Source: Rhizobacter sp. (GTDB taxonomy: Bacteria > Pseudomonadota > Gammaproteobacteria > Burkholderiales > Burkholderiaceae_C). From it: 64,000 bases of DNA. The stretch lies in NCBI GenBank assembly GCA_050916095.1, contig CP050901.1:1655474-1719473 (forward strand), written 5' to 3'. The stretch's first letter is position 1; every line of letters starts with the position of its first letter. Below the pieces are notes generated by a model, which was not told the origin of the DNA, ran no database searches, and was given only the letters and a program-made list of their open reading frames with translations. Both the position numbers and the translations under genes were made by a program. Below, piece after piece: positions 47,353-57,237 of this stretch.

Positions 47353-47387
47353 CGAAAAAAATCCCGGTGGATCACCGGGATTTTTGA
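47353..47387. terminator. bidirectional rho-independent terminator between convergent patatin and phasin genes
   Basis: AAAAAAATCCCGGTG-GAT-CACCGGGATTTTT: a perfect 9-bp stem flanked by A- and T-runs. Confidence 0.65.
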
Positions 47388-47424
47388 ATCACACGACCAA
47401 GCCCAAAGGCCCGGTTCGCGGTAA

Positions 47425-47970
47425 TCAACGCTTCTTAGAAGCGGTTTGTGCGGTCTTCAGCGCGGTGCTTGTCACAGCCGTGAAGTTGGCTTCGGCCACG
47501 TCGGCAGCTTGTTTGGCAGCCTTGCTCACGCTCTCGTAAGCGTTGTTGGCAGCTGCCACAGCCGATTTCACCAAAGCGACGGCGTTCTCGGAACCAGCAG
47601 GTGCGTTCTTCACAGCAGCATCAACGGCTGCGGTGAACTTCTTTTGTGCTTCGGTAGCCGTGGCTTCAGCAACCTTGCCAACTTCGGCGTTGGTTGCCGC
47701 AGCGATGTCATACAGGTGACGGCTGTAGGCGGCGGCTTTTTCAGCGGCCGGTTGCAGCAACGCAGCTTGCAGGGCCATCAGTTCTTGTGCGTCTTTGGCC
47801 GACAGGGCGGCTTTGGTGGTTTCAGCGGCTTCGCCCAGGGCGGTTTTCGCGACTTGCAGGTTCAACTCAACCAGCTTTTCGATGCCTTCGAAGGCTTTGT
47901 TCGTCAGGCCGAAGAGGGTTTCGACGTTGGCTTTGTGGGCGGCGATCAGTTGTTCAGGTGTGAAGCTCAT
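47425..47970 (-). CDS. phaP: phasin family PHA-granule protein
   Basis: 181 aa, Ala-rich helical phasin pattern. Confidence 0.8.
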   Translation of the reverse strand: MSFTPEQLIAAHKANVETLFGLTNKAFEGIEKLVELNLQVAKTALGEAAETTKAALSAKDAQELMALQAALLQPAAEKAAAYSRHLYDIAAATNAEVGKVAEATATEAQKKFTAAVDAAVKNAPAGSENAVALVKSAVAAANNAYESVSKAAKQAADVAEANFTAVTSTALKTAQTASKKR

Positions 47971-48328
47971 GAGGTTCTCCTAAGAATGAAGTGGGTGAAA
48001 AAAGTACAACGATGGACAACGGGTGGGTACTGCGAGAAATTAGATCGTCTGTGCGCTCTGGCGCAGAGTTTGTTGCACTGCACCATGACCGTAAGTATAC
48101 GGCGCTTGCATGACAAATCAAGTGCTTTCGTTGTGCGGCGCAGCAAATTGGGGAGGGCTCCCCAATTCCAGCGAAGTGCCGAGCATAGGTCGTGCGGTGG
48201 TGAGCGTCCAGAAATAGAACATCTGGAGACAGTCGCATTGTTTATGACGCTCTGAACGGATCCGTGCTGCTACAAACTACCGACAGTGATGCAGAGAGTC
48301 TTCAGTGCCACCAGCGAGTACCCCATCC

Positions 48329-49273
48329 ATGAAGGCCTACTACGCCGACCATTTCGTCTTGCCCTTGCCCGACGGCCACCGGTTTCCGATGCAAAAGTAC
48401 CGCTTGCTGCGCGATCAATTGCAGGCTGTGCTTCCTGCCGTGTCCTTGCAAGAGGCCCCAGCTGCCAGCGATGGCGAACTGGCCTTGGCCCACACGCCTT
48501 CATATGTGGAGGCCGTGGTTCAGGGCACGCTCAGCGCTACAGCGCAGCGCGAAATTGGATTCCCCTGGACGCCGCGAATGGTCGAGCGTTCCAGGCGGTC
48601 GGTTGGGGCCACCATTGCCGCTGCGCGCACCGCTTTGCGTGAAGGTGTGGCGGCGAACTTGGCCGGAGGGACGCACCATGCCTACGCGGACAAGGGTGGC
48701 GGATATTGTGTTTTCAACGATGTGGCGGTTGCCGCCCGTTTGATGCAGGCGGAGTCGCATCGTCAGCACCGGAAACTGTTGCGCATCGCTGTGGTGGATT
48801 TGGATGTGCACCAAGGCAACGGCACGGCGGCCATCTTTGCGGACGACCCCACGGTCTTCACCTTGTCGATGCATGGCGAGAAAAACTTCCCCTTTCGCAA
48901 AGAGGCCAGCGACTTGGATGTTGATTTGCCCGACGGTTGTTCGGACGACGCTTACCTGTCTGCGCTAGACAAGGCCCTGATCGACATGGAGCGCCGCCAC
49001 ACCGAGGGTTCCCCCGGTTTGATCTTCTATGTTGCTGGTGCGGATCCCCATGAGGGTGATCGGCTCGGGCGGCTCAAACTCACAACGGCAGGTTTGCGCT
49101 TCAGGGATCAACGTGTGTTCGACTTTGCGCGTGAGCGCCACATTCCGCTGGCGTTTTCGATGGCCGGTGGTTACGGGCGCGTCATCGAAGACACTGTGGC
49201 AGTTCAAGTCAATACCTACCGAGTCGGCTTAGACAGTTGGGCTCGGTGGCCGAATCAAGAAAAAGCTCGGTAA
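48329..49273 (+). CDS. histone deacetylase-family protein (AcuC/HDAC-like)
   Basis: Start trimmed to MKAYYADHFVLPLPDGHRFPMQKY. HDAC-type metal-binding residues. Confidence 0.75.
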   Translation: MKAYYADHFVLPLPDGHRFPMQKYRLLRDQLQAVLPAVSLQEAPAASDGELALAHTPSYVEAVVQGTLSATAQREIGFPWTPRMVERSRRSVGATIAAARTALREGVAANLAGGTHHAYADKGGGYCVFNDVAVAARLMQAESHRQHRKLLRIAVVDLDVHQGNGTAAIFADDPTVFTLSMHGEKNFPFRKEASDLDVDLPDGCSDDAYLSALDKALIDMERRHTEGSPGLIFYVAGADPHEGDRLGRLKLTTAGLRFRDQRVFDFARERHIPLAFSMAGGYGRVIEDTVAVQVNTYRVGLDSWARWPNQEKAR

Positions 49274-49331
49274 TACACGCTGCAAAAACGCGCGGTGAAA
49301 CAATCAAACTCCTGTTCTGGAGACTCCATCC

Positions 49332-50042
49332 ATGCCTCAACGCCCCAGCTTCACCCCAGATCAAACCGCCGCCGTCGATGCGGCCATCACCTCGCGCGCT
49401 TCGATTCGCGCTTTTTTGCCAACGCCGGTGCCGCAGGAAACCATTGTGGACATCCTGCGTGTTGCGTCGCGCGCGCCGTCTGGCACCAACACCCAACCCT
49501 GGAAGGTGACCGTCTTAACAGGCAACACCTTGAAGTCGCTGGCCGCCAAAGTGTTGGCCGCTTTTGATGACCCCGCCGTCGCCGCCACCCACACCGAGGA
49601 ATATGCCTACTACCCCACCGAGTGGCGTTCACCCTACATCGACCGCAGGCGCAAGGTGGGTTGGGATTTGTATGGCTTGCTCGGCATCCAGAAAACCGAC
49701 AAAGCCCGCATGCATGCCCAGCATGGCCGCAACTACACGTTTTTTGATGCGCCCGTGGGTCTGATGTTCACCATAGACCGCGTCATGCAACAAGGCAGTT
49801 GGCTGGACTACGGCATGTTCCTGCAGAACATCATGGTCGCCGCGCGCGCACGTGGACTGGATACCTGCCCGCAAGCGGCTTTCACGCCATTTCACAAAAT
49901 CATCTTGGAGCACATTGAGGCACCTGCTACCGACATGCTGGTGTGTGGCATGTCCCTGGGCTGGGCCGATCCACAGGCGGTGGAGAACAGTTTGGTGACT
50001 GACCGAGAGCCGGTTGAGGGATTCACTCGTTTCATGAGCTGA
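49332..50042 (+). CDS. nitroreductase family protein
   Basis: 236 aa, ...SIRAFLPTPV..., NAD(P)H-flavin nitroreductase fold pattern. Confidence 0.75.
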   Translation: MPQRPSFTPDQTAAVDAAITSRASIRAFLPTPVPQETIVDILRVASRAPSGTNTQPWKVTVLTGNTLKSLAAKVLAAFDDPAVAATHTEEYAYYPTEWRSPYIDRRRKVGWDLYGLLGIQKTDKARMHAQHGRNYTFFDAPVGLMFTIDRVMQQGSWLDYGMFLQNIMVAARARGLDTCPQAAFTPFHKIILEHIEAPATDMLVCGMSLGWADPQAVENSLVTDREPVEGFTRFMS

Positions 50043-50297
50043 AGTGCAGTGCGGCCGCAGCGCGGGTGCGTGGGGACGTCCGCCTAGCACTACATGGGTT
50101 GTTACCTACGTAGGACGCAGAGCACCGCCTCACTACAATTCCTTGCCTGAAGTGGGCCTATTTGCTTGGAGTCTGGGTACATCAACAAACCTACGAACCA
50201 AGCATCCTGTGTGTCACAGATACCTGCCCAAGTTTGAAAACCAAAAATTGACCTCGGTGCGGCACCAGCACCACGGACAACTCATGTAGGAGACAAG

Positions 50298-51722
50298 ATG
50301 AACTTGAACCCCCGAACCCAGGCCGTAGCGCTGGGCGTGCTGATGTGCCTGTGGCCCAGCCTGGGCCACGCCGCTGACTTGGACGGATCGCAGTTGGCCA
50401 TTTGGTGGGGCGTGCCATTTGCCGGGGTGTTGCTCTCCATCGCCTTGATGCCTTTGATCGTTCCCGCGTTTTGGCACCACCATTTCGGCAAGGTCATGCT
50501 GGGTTGGGCGGCGGTCTTTATGTTGCCGTTTGCGTACTTGTTTGGCACTGGCGCGGCCATGACAGGTTTGTTGCATGCTTTGGTGGCCGAATACATCCCC
50601 TTCATCGTGCTGGTGGGTACGTTATTTGTGGTGGCTGGGGGCATATTCATTCGGGGCAACATCCATGGCAGTCCCGCTGTGAACGCATTCATCCTGGCCA
50701 CGGGCGCTGTCCTGGCCAGCTTCATGGGCACCACGGGCGCATCCATGCTGCTCATCCGCCCCATCATCCGCGCCAACGACAACCGCAAACATGCGGCCCA
50801 TGTGATTGTCTTTTTCATATTCATCGTGTCTAACGCGGGTGGCTCACTGACGCCCCTGGGCGACCCCCCCTTGTTCCTGGGGTTTCTGAAAGGCGTGGAC
50901 TTCTTCTGGACAGTGAAACACCTTTTTCCTGAAACCATTTTCTTGGTAGCTTCATTGCTGGCGATTTTTTATGTGATTGACAGCTACTACTACCGCAAGG
51001 AAGGCGTGTTGCCCGTCGATCCGACGCCCGACAACAAAACCACTTTCGGCTTTGAAGGCGGGGTCAACTTCTTGTTCCTCGGTGGCGTCGTGGCCTTGGT
51101 GCTCATGAGTGGTATCTGGAAGTCAGGTGTGGCGTTCAGTGTGGCCGGTGCCGATGTCAGTTGGGCTGCTTTGTTGCGTGATGTGGGTCTGGTTTGTCTG
51201 GCGCTGGCGTCGCTGCGTTTGGCCTCACAAGATGCGCGTGAGAAAAACCAATTTACTTGGGGACCGATTCTCGAAGTGGCCAAACTTTTTGCGGCTATTT
51301 TTCTCACCATCATTCCTGTGTTGGCCATGTTGCGTGCAGGGTCGCAAGGCGCGTTTGCACCTGTGGTGGCCGCAGTCACCGGGCCTGATGGTCAACCGAT
51401 AGACGCCATGTATTTCTGGGCCTCGGGTTTGTTGTCCTCGTTCTTGGACAACGCGCCGACCTACCTGGTGTTTTTCAACATGGCCGGTGGCGACCCGGCC
51501 GTGTTGATGACCACCTTGGCGACCACTTTGGCCGCCGTCTCCGCCGGGTCAGTGTTCATGGGGGCCAACACCTACATTGGCAATGCGCCTAACTTCATGG
51601 TCAAAGCCATCGCCGAAGACCGCGGTATCAAGATGCCAAGCTTCTTTGGTTACATGGCCTGGTCTTGCACCATTTTGTTGCCGCTGTTCGCCCTCATGAC
51701 CTTGATCTGGTTCCGGGGATGA
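50298..51722 (+). CDS. NhaD/ArsB-superfamily ion transporter (Na+/H+ antiporter NhaD-like)
   Basis: 474 aa, about 12 TM segments, NhaD-like motifs. Confidence 0.7.
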   Translation: MNLNPRTQAVALGVLMCLWPSLGHAADLDGSQLAIWWGVPFAGVLLSIALMPLIVPAFWHHHFGKVMLGWAAVFMLPFAYLFGTGAAMTGLLHALVAEYIPFIVLVGTLFVVAGGIFIRGNIHGSPAVNAFILATGAVLASFMGTTGASMLLIRPIIRANDNRKHAAHVIVFFIFIVSNAGGSLTPLGDPPLFLGFLKGVDFFWTVKHLFPETIFLVASLLAIFYVIDSYYYRKEGVLPVDPTPDNKTTFGFEGGVNFLFLGGVVALVLMSGIWKSGVAFSVAGADVSWAALLRDVGLVCLALASLRLASQDAREKNQFTWGPILEVAKLFAAIFLTIIPVLAMLRAGSQGAFAPVVAAVTGPDGQPIDAMYFWASGLLSSFLDNAPTYLVFFNMAGGDPAVLMTTLATTLAAVSAGSVFMGANTYIGNAPNFMVKAIAEDRGIKMPSFFGYMAWSCTILLPLFALMTLIWFRG

Positions 51723-52748
51723 AAGTCCAGCCCCGTCCTTGGATACTCGTCGCCCGAGCGGTTTTCCCCGAGGTGGTCGAGCGCCTGCGCCGCTACTTTG
51801 ACGTGCAAACCAATGAGACCGACGAGGTCTGGTCAAGCGCTCAGTTGAGTCAACATCTGCAGGGCAAACAGGGCGCTTTCATCACGGCAGGCGAAAAAAT
51901 TGATGCGGCCTTGCTGGCCGCCAACCCCCAGCTCAAAGCCATTTGCAACATGGCGGTCGGCTACAACAACATCGACATCGCTGCCTGCACAGCGGCGGGT
52001 GTGCTCTGTACCAACACGCCCGACGTATTAACAGAGAGCACCGCTGATTTCGGTTTTGCCTTGATGATGGCCACTGCACGGCGTTTGGCCGAGGGTGAAC
52101 GTTTTCTGCGCAGTGGCCAGTGGAAAAAATGGACCTACAACCTGCTCGCGGGCAGCGATGTGCATGGTGCCAACCTGGGCATCCTCGGCATGGGGCCGCA
52201 TCGGCCAAGGCATTGCAAGGCGTGGCGCTTTGGGTTTTGGCATGCAAGTGATTTACCACAACCGATCCCCACTTGACGCGTCCACTGAGGCCTCGCTGAA
52301 CGCCCGTTACGTCAGCAAAGAAGACCTGCTGCGCCAAGCTGATCATTTGGTGCTGGTGCTGCCCTATTCCAGCGCGTCACACCATGCCATCGGCGCAGCC
52401 GAACTGGCCCTGATGAAGCCCACCGCCACCCTCACCAACATTGCACGCGGTGGCATCGTGGACGACGCTGCGTTAGCCCAGGCTCTTGCGGAGCAGCGCA
52501 TCGCCGCTGCGGGTTTGGATGTATTTGAAGGCGAGCCTCAGGTGCACCCTGATTTGCTCAAGCTGCCCAATGTGGTGCTCACCCCCCACATCGCCAGCAG
52601 CACCTTGGCCACCCGGCGCGCCATGGCGGATTTGGCGGCGGACAACTTGATTGCCGCGCTGGGTTGTGGACCGCAGGCGGGGCGGCCGCCGACGCCGATC
52701 AATCCTGAGGTGTTACTCCAAGGATTGACCGAACCCGGACTTGGTTAA
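51719..52748 (+). pseudogene. D-isomer-specific 2-hydroxyacid dehydrogenase with a +1 frameshift
   Basis: Two overlapping ORFs (51665-52276 and 52095-52748) together make one full-length 2-hydroxyacid dehydrogenase. The frame breaks in the NAD-binding motif at a GGGG run (52192-52195), where GLGRIGQAIARR is expected. Confidence 0.75.
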
Positions 52749-53005
52749 AAGTTGTGCGTGTTGCAGGGGGATCGCTTAAGCGGTAGAGAAGGATCGCTTT
52801 TCTGAGGTTAAGTGTCACGGTGGCTAACTCCGCAAGTACACGTGATAAGAATGGCTCCTCTGTCGAGTGGTTGGAGCTTCATTCGGCGTACGAGTAAACC
52901 AGCAACTTATGTGAGGGCAAGAGAATAAATCCGCGATTCACCCCAGGAGAATACATTGACCCACCAAGGGTCATGGCGTCGATGATTGAGTCTTTGAGTG
53001 TTGAC

Positions 53006-53581
53006 TCAGCCTTGGAGCACCCGATCCCATTTAGCCAGCGATCCTCCTGCGCTGGGGCCGGCGGAATGCACTACGTATGGAGTTTGGTGCCACTTTGTTT
53101 CTTGCACTTTTCCATTCGGACTCGATGCTTCGTCATCGTTGAGTTGCCACACTGAAATTTCACAGGCTGCAGTAATCGTCCGAGGGAGATAAATTGCTTT
53201 TGAACTCTCAAAGCCAACTGGAAGTTGATGCTTGTGCCAGGACATCTTGCCGAACTCAATGGCAAGGATCGTGAAAATCGGAAATGCGAAGACCGCGATA
53301 GCGATATGCAAAGGTCGAGGTCGTAAAAAAGTACCGAGATTTTGACGAAGTACATGTATCGGAAGAGCTATCGCCAATGCAATCAATCCGATTGAGACGA
53401 AAAGAATCCATATGCTCGCAACTTCAGACTCATACCAAAGCACGAGGGCGGTTGTGATTCCCAAAGCAACATAGAGTAAAAATCCCTTCCAGGGAAGTAG
53501 GATGGCGGGAACCAGCATCGCACAGAGGATGGCGATGCCAAATAGCAAGAATATTCCGAATGGATTAATGCCGCCAACCAT
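53006..53581 (-). CDS. hypothetical multi-TM membrane protein in a low-GC islet
   Basis: 191 aa, four or five hydrophobic segments. The surrounding ~1.1 kb (52750-53830) is markedly AT-richer than the rest of the window. Confidence 0.5.
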   Translation of the reverse strand: MVGGINPFGIFLLFGIAILCAMLVPAILLPWKGFLLYVALGITTALVLWYESEVASIWILFVSIGLIALAIALPIHVLRQNLGTFLRPRPLHIAIAVFAFPIFTILAIEFGKMSWHKHQLPVGFESSKAIYLPRTITAACEISVWQLNDDEASSPNGKVQETKWHQTPYVVHSAGPSAGGSLAKWDRVLQG

Positions 53582-53831
53582 ATGCTGCCGAAGCCAATTG
53601 GAAATCTATCAATACAGCCGCGAGAGTGGGCCAAAATTTAAATGGAATCGTACTCTTCTGAGGCAAGTTTTCAGTGTAGTTTCTGGGCGAAATAGGCCCT
53701 CGATAGAAACTACAGTTGCAATAATTCACATGAAGTTGACTCTACCAGCTTCTATTCGATAGCCCCTGCTTGGGAGCGGATACGCTGCCCATTGAGCTGT
53801 TAACCAATTCGAGCCTGCGACAATCCACGGC

Positions 53832-55292
53832 ATGAGTTATTTGCCCTGGATCGCTGTTTTTCTAGCCGCCTTGAATTTGCTGCTCTTGTTGTGGTGGGCG
53901 CTGCGTGTTTCGCGTGGTCCTGACCCCCATCGATCCCAACAACAAGCCGAACGCCTGGAGCGTGAGCTGCGCGATGAGGTCGGTCGCAGTGCGCGGGACA
54001 CGCGGCAGGAAATTGCCAACGCCCTGGGCGTGTTTCAGCAAACCCTGCTCACCCAGCAAGGTGATGTGGCGCGCACCCAGAACGAGCAGATCGACAGCTT
54101 TCGCGTTCAGCTCGCCTCGCTGCAAACTGCGGTCAGCCAGGCCCTGCAATCGGCGGTGAGTTCGCAGGCCAACCAAGCGCAGAGCTCACGCGACGCGCAG
54201 GACAGTGCCTTCAAACGGTTTGCCGATACCTTGAATGAACAGCTGCGGCTGTTGTCTGAAGCCAATGAGCGCCGCTTGAGTGATGTGCGCGGCGCGGTGG
54301 AGCAGCGCCTGACCGCATTGCAGCAAGGCAACGAAGCCAAGCTGGAACAAATGCGCTTGACGGTGGATGAAAAACTGCACGCGACCTTGGAGCAACGTTT
54401 GGGCGAGAGCTTCAAACAAGTGGCGGACCGCCTGGAACAAGTGCACAAAGGTTTGGGCGAGATGCAGTTGCTCGCCAAGGACGTGGGCTCGCTCAACCGG
54501 GTGCTCAGCAATGTGAAAACACGCGGCATTTTTGGCGAAGTGCAACTCGCCGGTTTGTTGGAACAGGTGTTCACGCCCGAGCAGTACGCATCCAACGTGG
54601 AAACGGTGCCGGGCTCCGGTGCACGGGTGGAGTTTGCGGTGAAGTTGCCGGGCCGACGCGACGATGGTCTGCCGATGTGGTTGCCAATAGACGCGAAGTT
54701 TCCACGTGAAGACCACGAACGATTGCTGGATGCGCAAGACCGGGCTGATGTCCCAGCGGCTGAAGCGGCGGCCAAGGCTATCGAAGCCCGTTTGCGTTTG
54801 GAAGCGCGGACCATCAAAGAAAAATACATTGCGGCCCCCCACACCACAGACTTTGCGATTTTGTTTTTGCCCACGGAAGGCCTTTACGCAGAGGCACTGC
54901 GTCGCCCGGGCTTGATGGAGTCGCTGCAACGCGAATACAAGGTCATGCTGGCCGGGCCCACCACCTTGCTCGCCACGCTGAACAGCTTGCAAATGGGTTT
55001 TCGCACCCTGGCGCTGGAGCAGCGTTCGGCCGAGGTGTGGGAGGTGCTGGGTGCGGTGAAAACCGAGTTCGCCAAGTTTGGTGATGTGCTGGCCAAAACC
55101 AAGAAAAAACTGGATGAAGCCAGCAACACCATCGACCAAGCGCAAACCCGTGCCAATGTGATGAACCGCAAACTCAAATCGGTGGAGGGGTTGCCTCAAC
55201 TGCGTGCGCAAGCCTTGTTGCCTTTGACGGACCCGGACGACGTGGATGATCCCGAGGCGGACACCTCGAAATCGGAGTCAAACGCCGGGTGA
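53832..55292 (+). CDS. rmuC: DNA recombination protein RmuC
   Basis: N-terminal TM segment, long coiled coil, C-terminal RmuC domain (ILFLPTEGLYAEALRRPGLMESLQREYKVMLAGPTTLLATL). Confidence 0.85.
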   Translation: MSYLPWIAVFLAALNLLLLLWWALRVSRGPDPHRSQQQAERLERELRDEVGRSARDTRQEIANALGVFQQTLLTQQGDVARTQNEQIDSFRVQLASLQTAVSQALQSAVSSQANQAQSSRDAQDSAFKRFADTLNEQLRLLSEANERRLSDVRGAVEQRLTALQQGNEAKLEQMRLTVDEKLHATLEQRLGESFKQVADRLEQVHKGLGEMQLLAKDVGSLNRVLSNVKTRGIFGEVQLAGLLEQVFTPEQYASNVETVPGSGARVEFAVKLPGRRDDGLPMWLPIDAKFPREDHERLLDAQDRADVPAAEAAAKAIEARLRLEARTIKEKYIAAPHTTDFAILFLPTEGLYAEALRRPGLMESLQREYKVMLAGPTTLLATLNSLQMGFRTLALEQRSAEVWEVLGAVKTEFAKFGDVLAKTKKKLDEASNTIDQAQTRANVMNRKLKSVEGLPQLRAQALLPLTDPDDVDDPEADTSKSESNAG

Positions 55293-56461
55293 ACGCAGGA
55301 TTCACGCGGCCCCTGCTAGGCCTGATCCTGAGCCAAATCAGCATTCACGCTTGCATGGCGGGTGTGCGTGTCGCAGCGCCGCTTTACGCTTTGCGCAGTG
55401 GTCATGATGCCTGGGCGGTGGGTGTGCTGATGGCATTGTTTGCCTTAGGCCCGATGTTTTTTGCACTGCGTGCCGGTCGTTATGCCGACCGGGTGGGTTA
55501 CCACCGCCCCATGTGGTGGGCTTGCGGTTTGGCGGTGGTTGGCGGTTTGCTGGCTGCCGTGGGGCAGTCCTATGCCCTGCTGTGTATCGCCGCGCTGCTG
55601 ACGGGCACGGGTGCCAACATGGGCATCATTACCAGCCAACGCTGTGCTGGTTTGATGGCACACGACGCAACACAGCGCATGCAGGTTTTCAGTTGGTTGG
55701 GTTTGGCACCGGCCTTGTCGAACGTGGTGGGACCGGTGTTGGCTGGGCTGCTGATTGACGCGGCAGGTTTTGGTGCCGCGTTTGCAGTTTTGGCTGCCTT
55801 GCCGGTGGCGAGTTTGCTGGCCGCGCGTTGGGTGCCCGAGCAGGTGGGCAGCTCCCCACTGTCGTCCCATGGTGACGACAAGCCTCGAACGGCCTGGGAC
55901 CTGTTGCGCTCGATGCCGCTGCTGCGTTTGTTGATGCTGAACTGGATGTTGTCCGCCAGTTGGGACATGCACGCTTTTGCATTGCCGCTGCTGGGGCACG
56001 ATCGGGGCTTGAGTGCATCTGCCATTGGATTGATTCTGGGCCTCTTTGCTGGCGCGGTGACGGCCGTGCGTTTGGTGATTCCCTTGCTCGCCCATCGCCT
56101 GGGGCCGCCTCAGGTGTTGTCCGGTGCCATGCTGCTGACGGCTGCGGTGTTCGCGGCTTATCCCTTTGCCAGCAGTGCCGCTTTGATGGCGTTGTACGCC
56201 TTGATATTGGGTTTGGCGCTGGGCGCGGTGCAGCCCATGGTGATGTCCACGCTGCACCACATCACACCAACCGGCCGCCACGGCGAGGTGATTGCCCTGC
56301 GGTCGATGGTGGTGAACTTGTCCAGCACTGTCATGCCGTTGCTCTTTGGGTTGGTGGGATCAACCGTTGGCGCTGACCCGCTGTTTTGGGTCATGGGTGC
56401 GGTGGTGGCTGCAGGCAGCGTCAGCGCCAAAAGCATGGGCCGCTGGGCGCAGCCCCTTTGA
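55289..56461 (+). CDS. MFS transporter
   Basis: 390 aa, 12-TM pattern. ATGA overlap with rmuC. Confidence 0.75.
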   Translation: MNAGFTRPLLGLILSQISIHACMAGVRVAAPLYALRSGHDAWAVGVLMALFALGPMFFALRAGRYADRVGYHRPMWWACGLAVVGGLLAAVGQSYALLCIAALLTGTGANMGIITSQRCAGLMAHDATQRMQVFSWLGLAPALSNVVGPVLAGLLIDAAGFGAAFAVLAALPVASLLAARWVPEQVGSSPLSSHGDDKPRTAWDLLRSMPLLRLLMLNWMLSASWDMHAFALPLLGHDRGLSASAIGLILGLFAGAVTAVRLVIPLLAHRLGPPQVLSGAMLLTAAVFAAYPFASSAALMALYALILGLALGAVQPMVMSTLHHITPTGRHGEVIALRSMVVNLSSTVMPLLFGLVGSTVGADPLFWVMGAVVAAGSVSAKSMGRWAQPL

Positions 56462-56467
56462 CTGTGA

Positions 56468-57133
56468 TCAGAACTTGATGCCCGTGGGACTTGCTGGTGC
56501 GGTGGGCGTTGTTGGGGCGGTAGTTGGCGCTGGCGTTGCCACTGGGCGAGCTGCAGGTGCTTGGGTGACCGTGCGCGGTGGAACCAGCGGCGTCGCCTCG
56601 GCATGTTTGTAGCCTGATGGCAGGGCAGATGTTGGTGGGTAGCCTGCTGCGTCCAGGTACTGGGCCCATTCGCTGCCAGAGAAACCGCGCAAGACCTGTG
56701 AGCCAATGGTCAAGGCGGGCACATCGTTGGCGCCTGCAATGCGTTTGTAGGCTTCAGAGTCTTCAGGGGTCGTCACCGAGCGTTCAGCATAGGGAATGCC
56801 GCGTTGCTTCAGAAAACTGCGACCCTTGTTGCAGGGGTCACAGTCTGCGGTCGTGATGTACAGAACGACGGGAAACTTGGTTGCCACCTGGCGCAGGGAC
56901 GCAGGCAATGATGTGGCGGGGTTGTCTACTGCTGCGGTGGCGCCGTTTGGCTTCACCGTAGAAATTTTGTCGTTGCTGGCAATGGGGGGCCTGTCGGTGT
57001 AACTGACCTTACCGTCCGGCCCGACCACTTTGTAAAGGGCATGCGCCGGGCTGGCTAAGAGCATCAGGCCCATACACAGGCCAGTGAGTTGGAATGCGCG
57101 GTGAGCGGAAATAAGTTCGAGCATCGGGTGCAT
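56468..57133 (-). CDS. DUF4124 / glutaredoxin-like domain protein with Pro/Thr/Ala-rich tail
   Basis: Signal peptide. Central ...VVLYITTADCDPCNKGRSFLKQRGIPYAE thioredoxin-fold CxxC. Low-complexity C-terminus. Confidence 0.65.
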   Translation of the reverse strand: MHPMLELISAHRAFQLTGLCMGLMLLASPAHALYKVVGPDGKVSYTDRPPIASNDKISTVKPNGATAAVDNPATSLPASLRQVATKFPVVLYITTADCDPCNKGRSFLKQRGIPYAERSVTTPEDSEAYKRIAGANDVPALTIGSQVLRGFSGSEWAQYLDAAGYPPTSALPSGYKHAEATPLVPPRTVTQAPAARPVATPAPTTAPTTPTAPASPTGIKF

Positions 57134-57237
57134 CTTTCTGGGTGTAGAGGCGTCGTCGATCGTGGGCAACAAACACTTGCCGCGTGGGGGCGATTTTGCG
57201 CCAACTCAACGCCGCCCGCTACAGGGTCCGATGCGGT

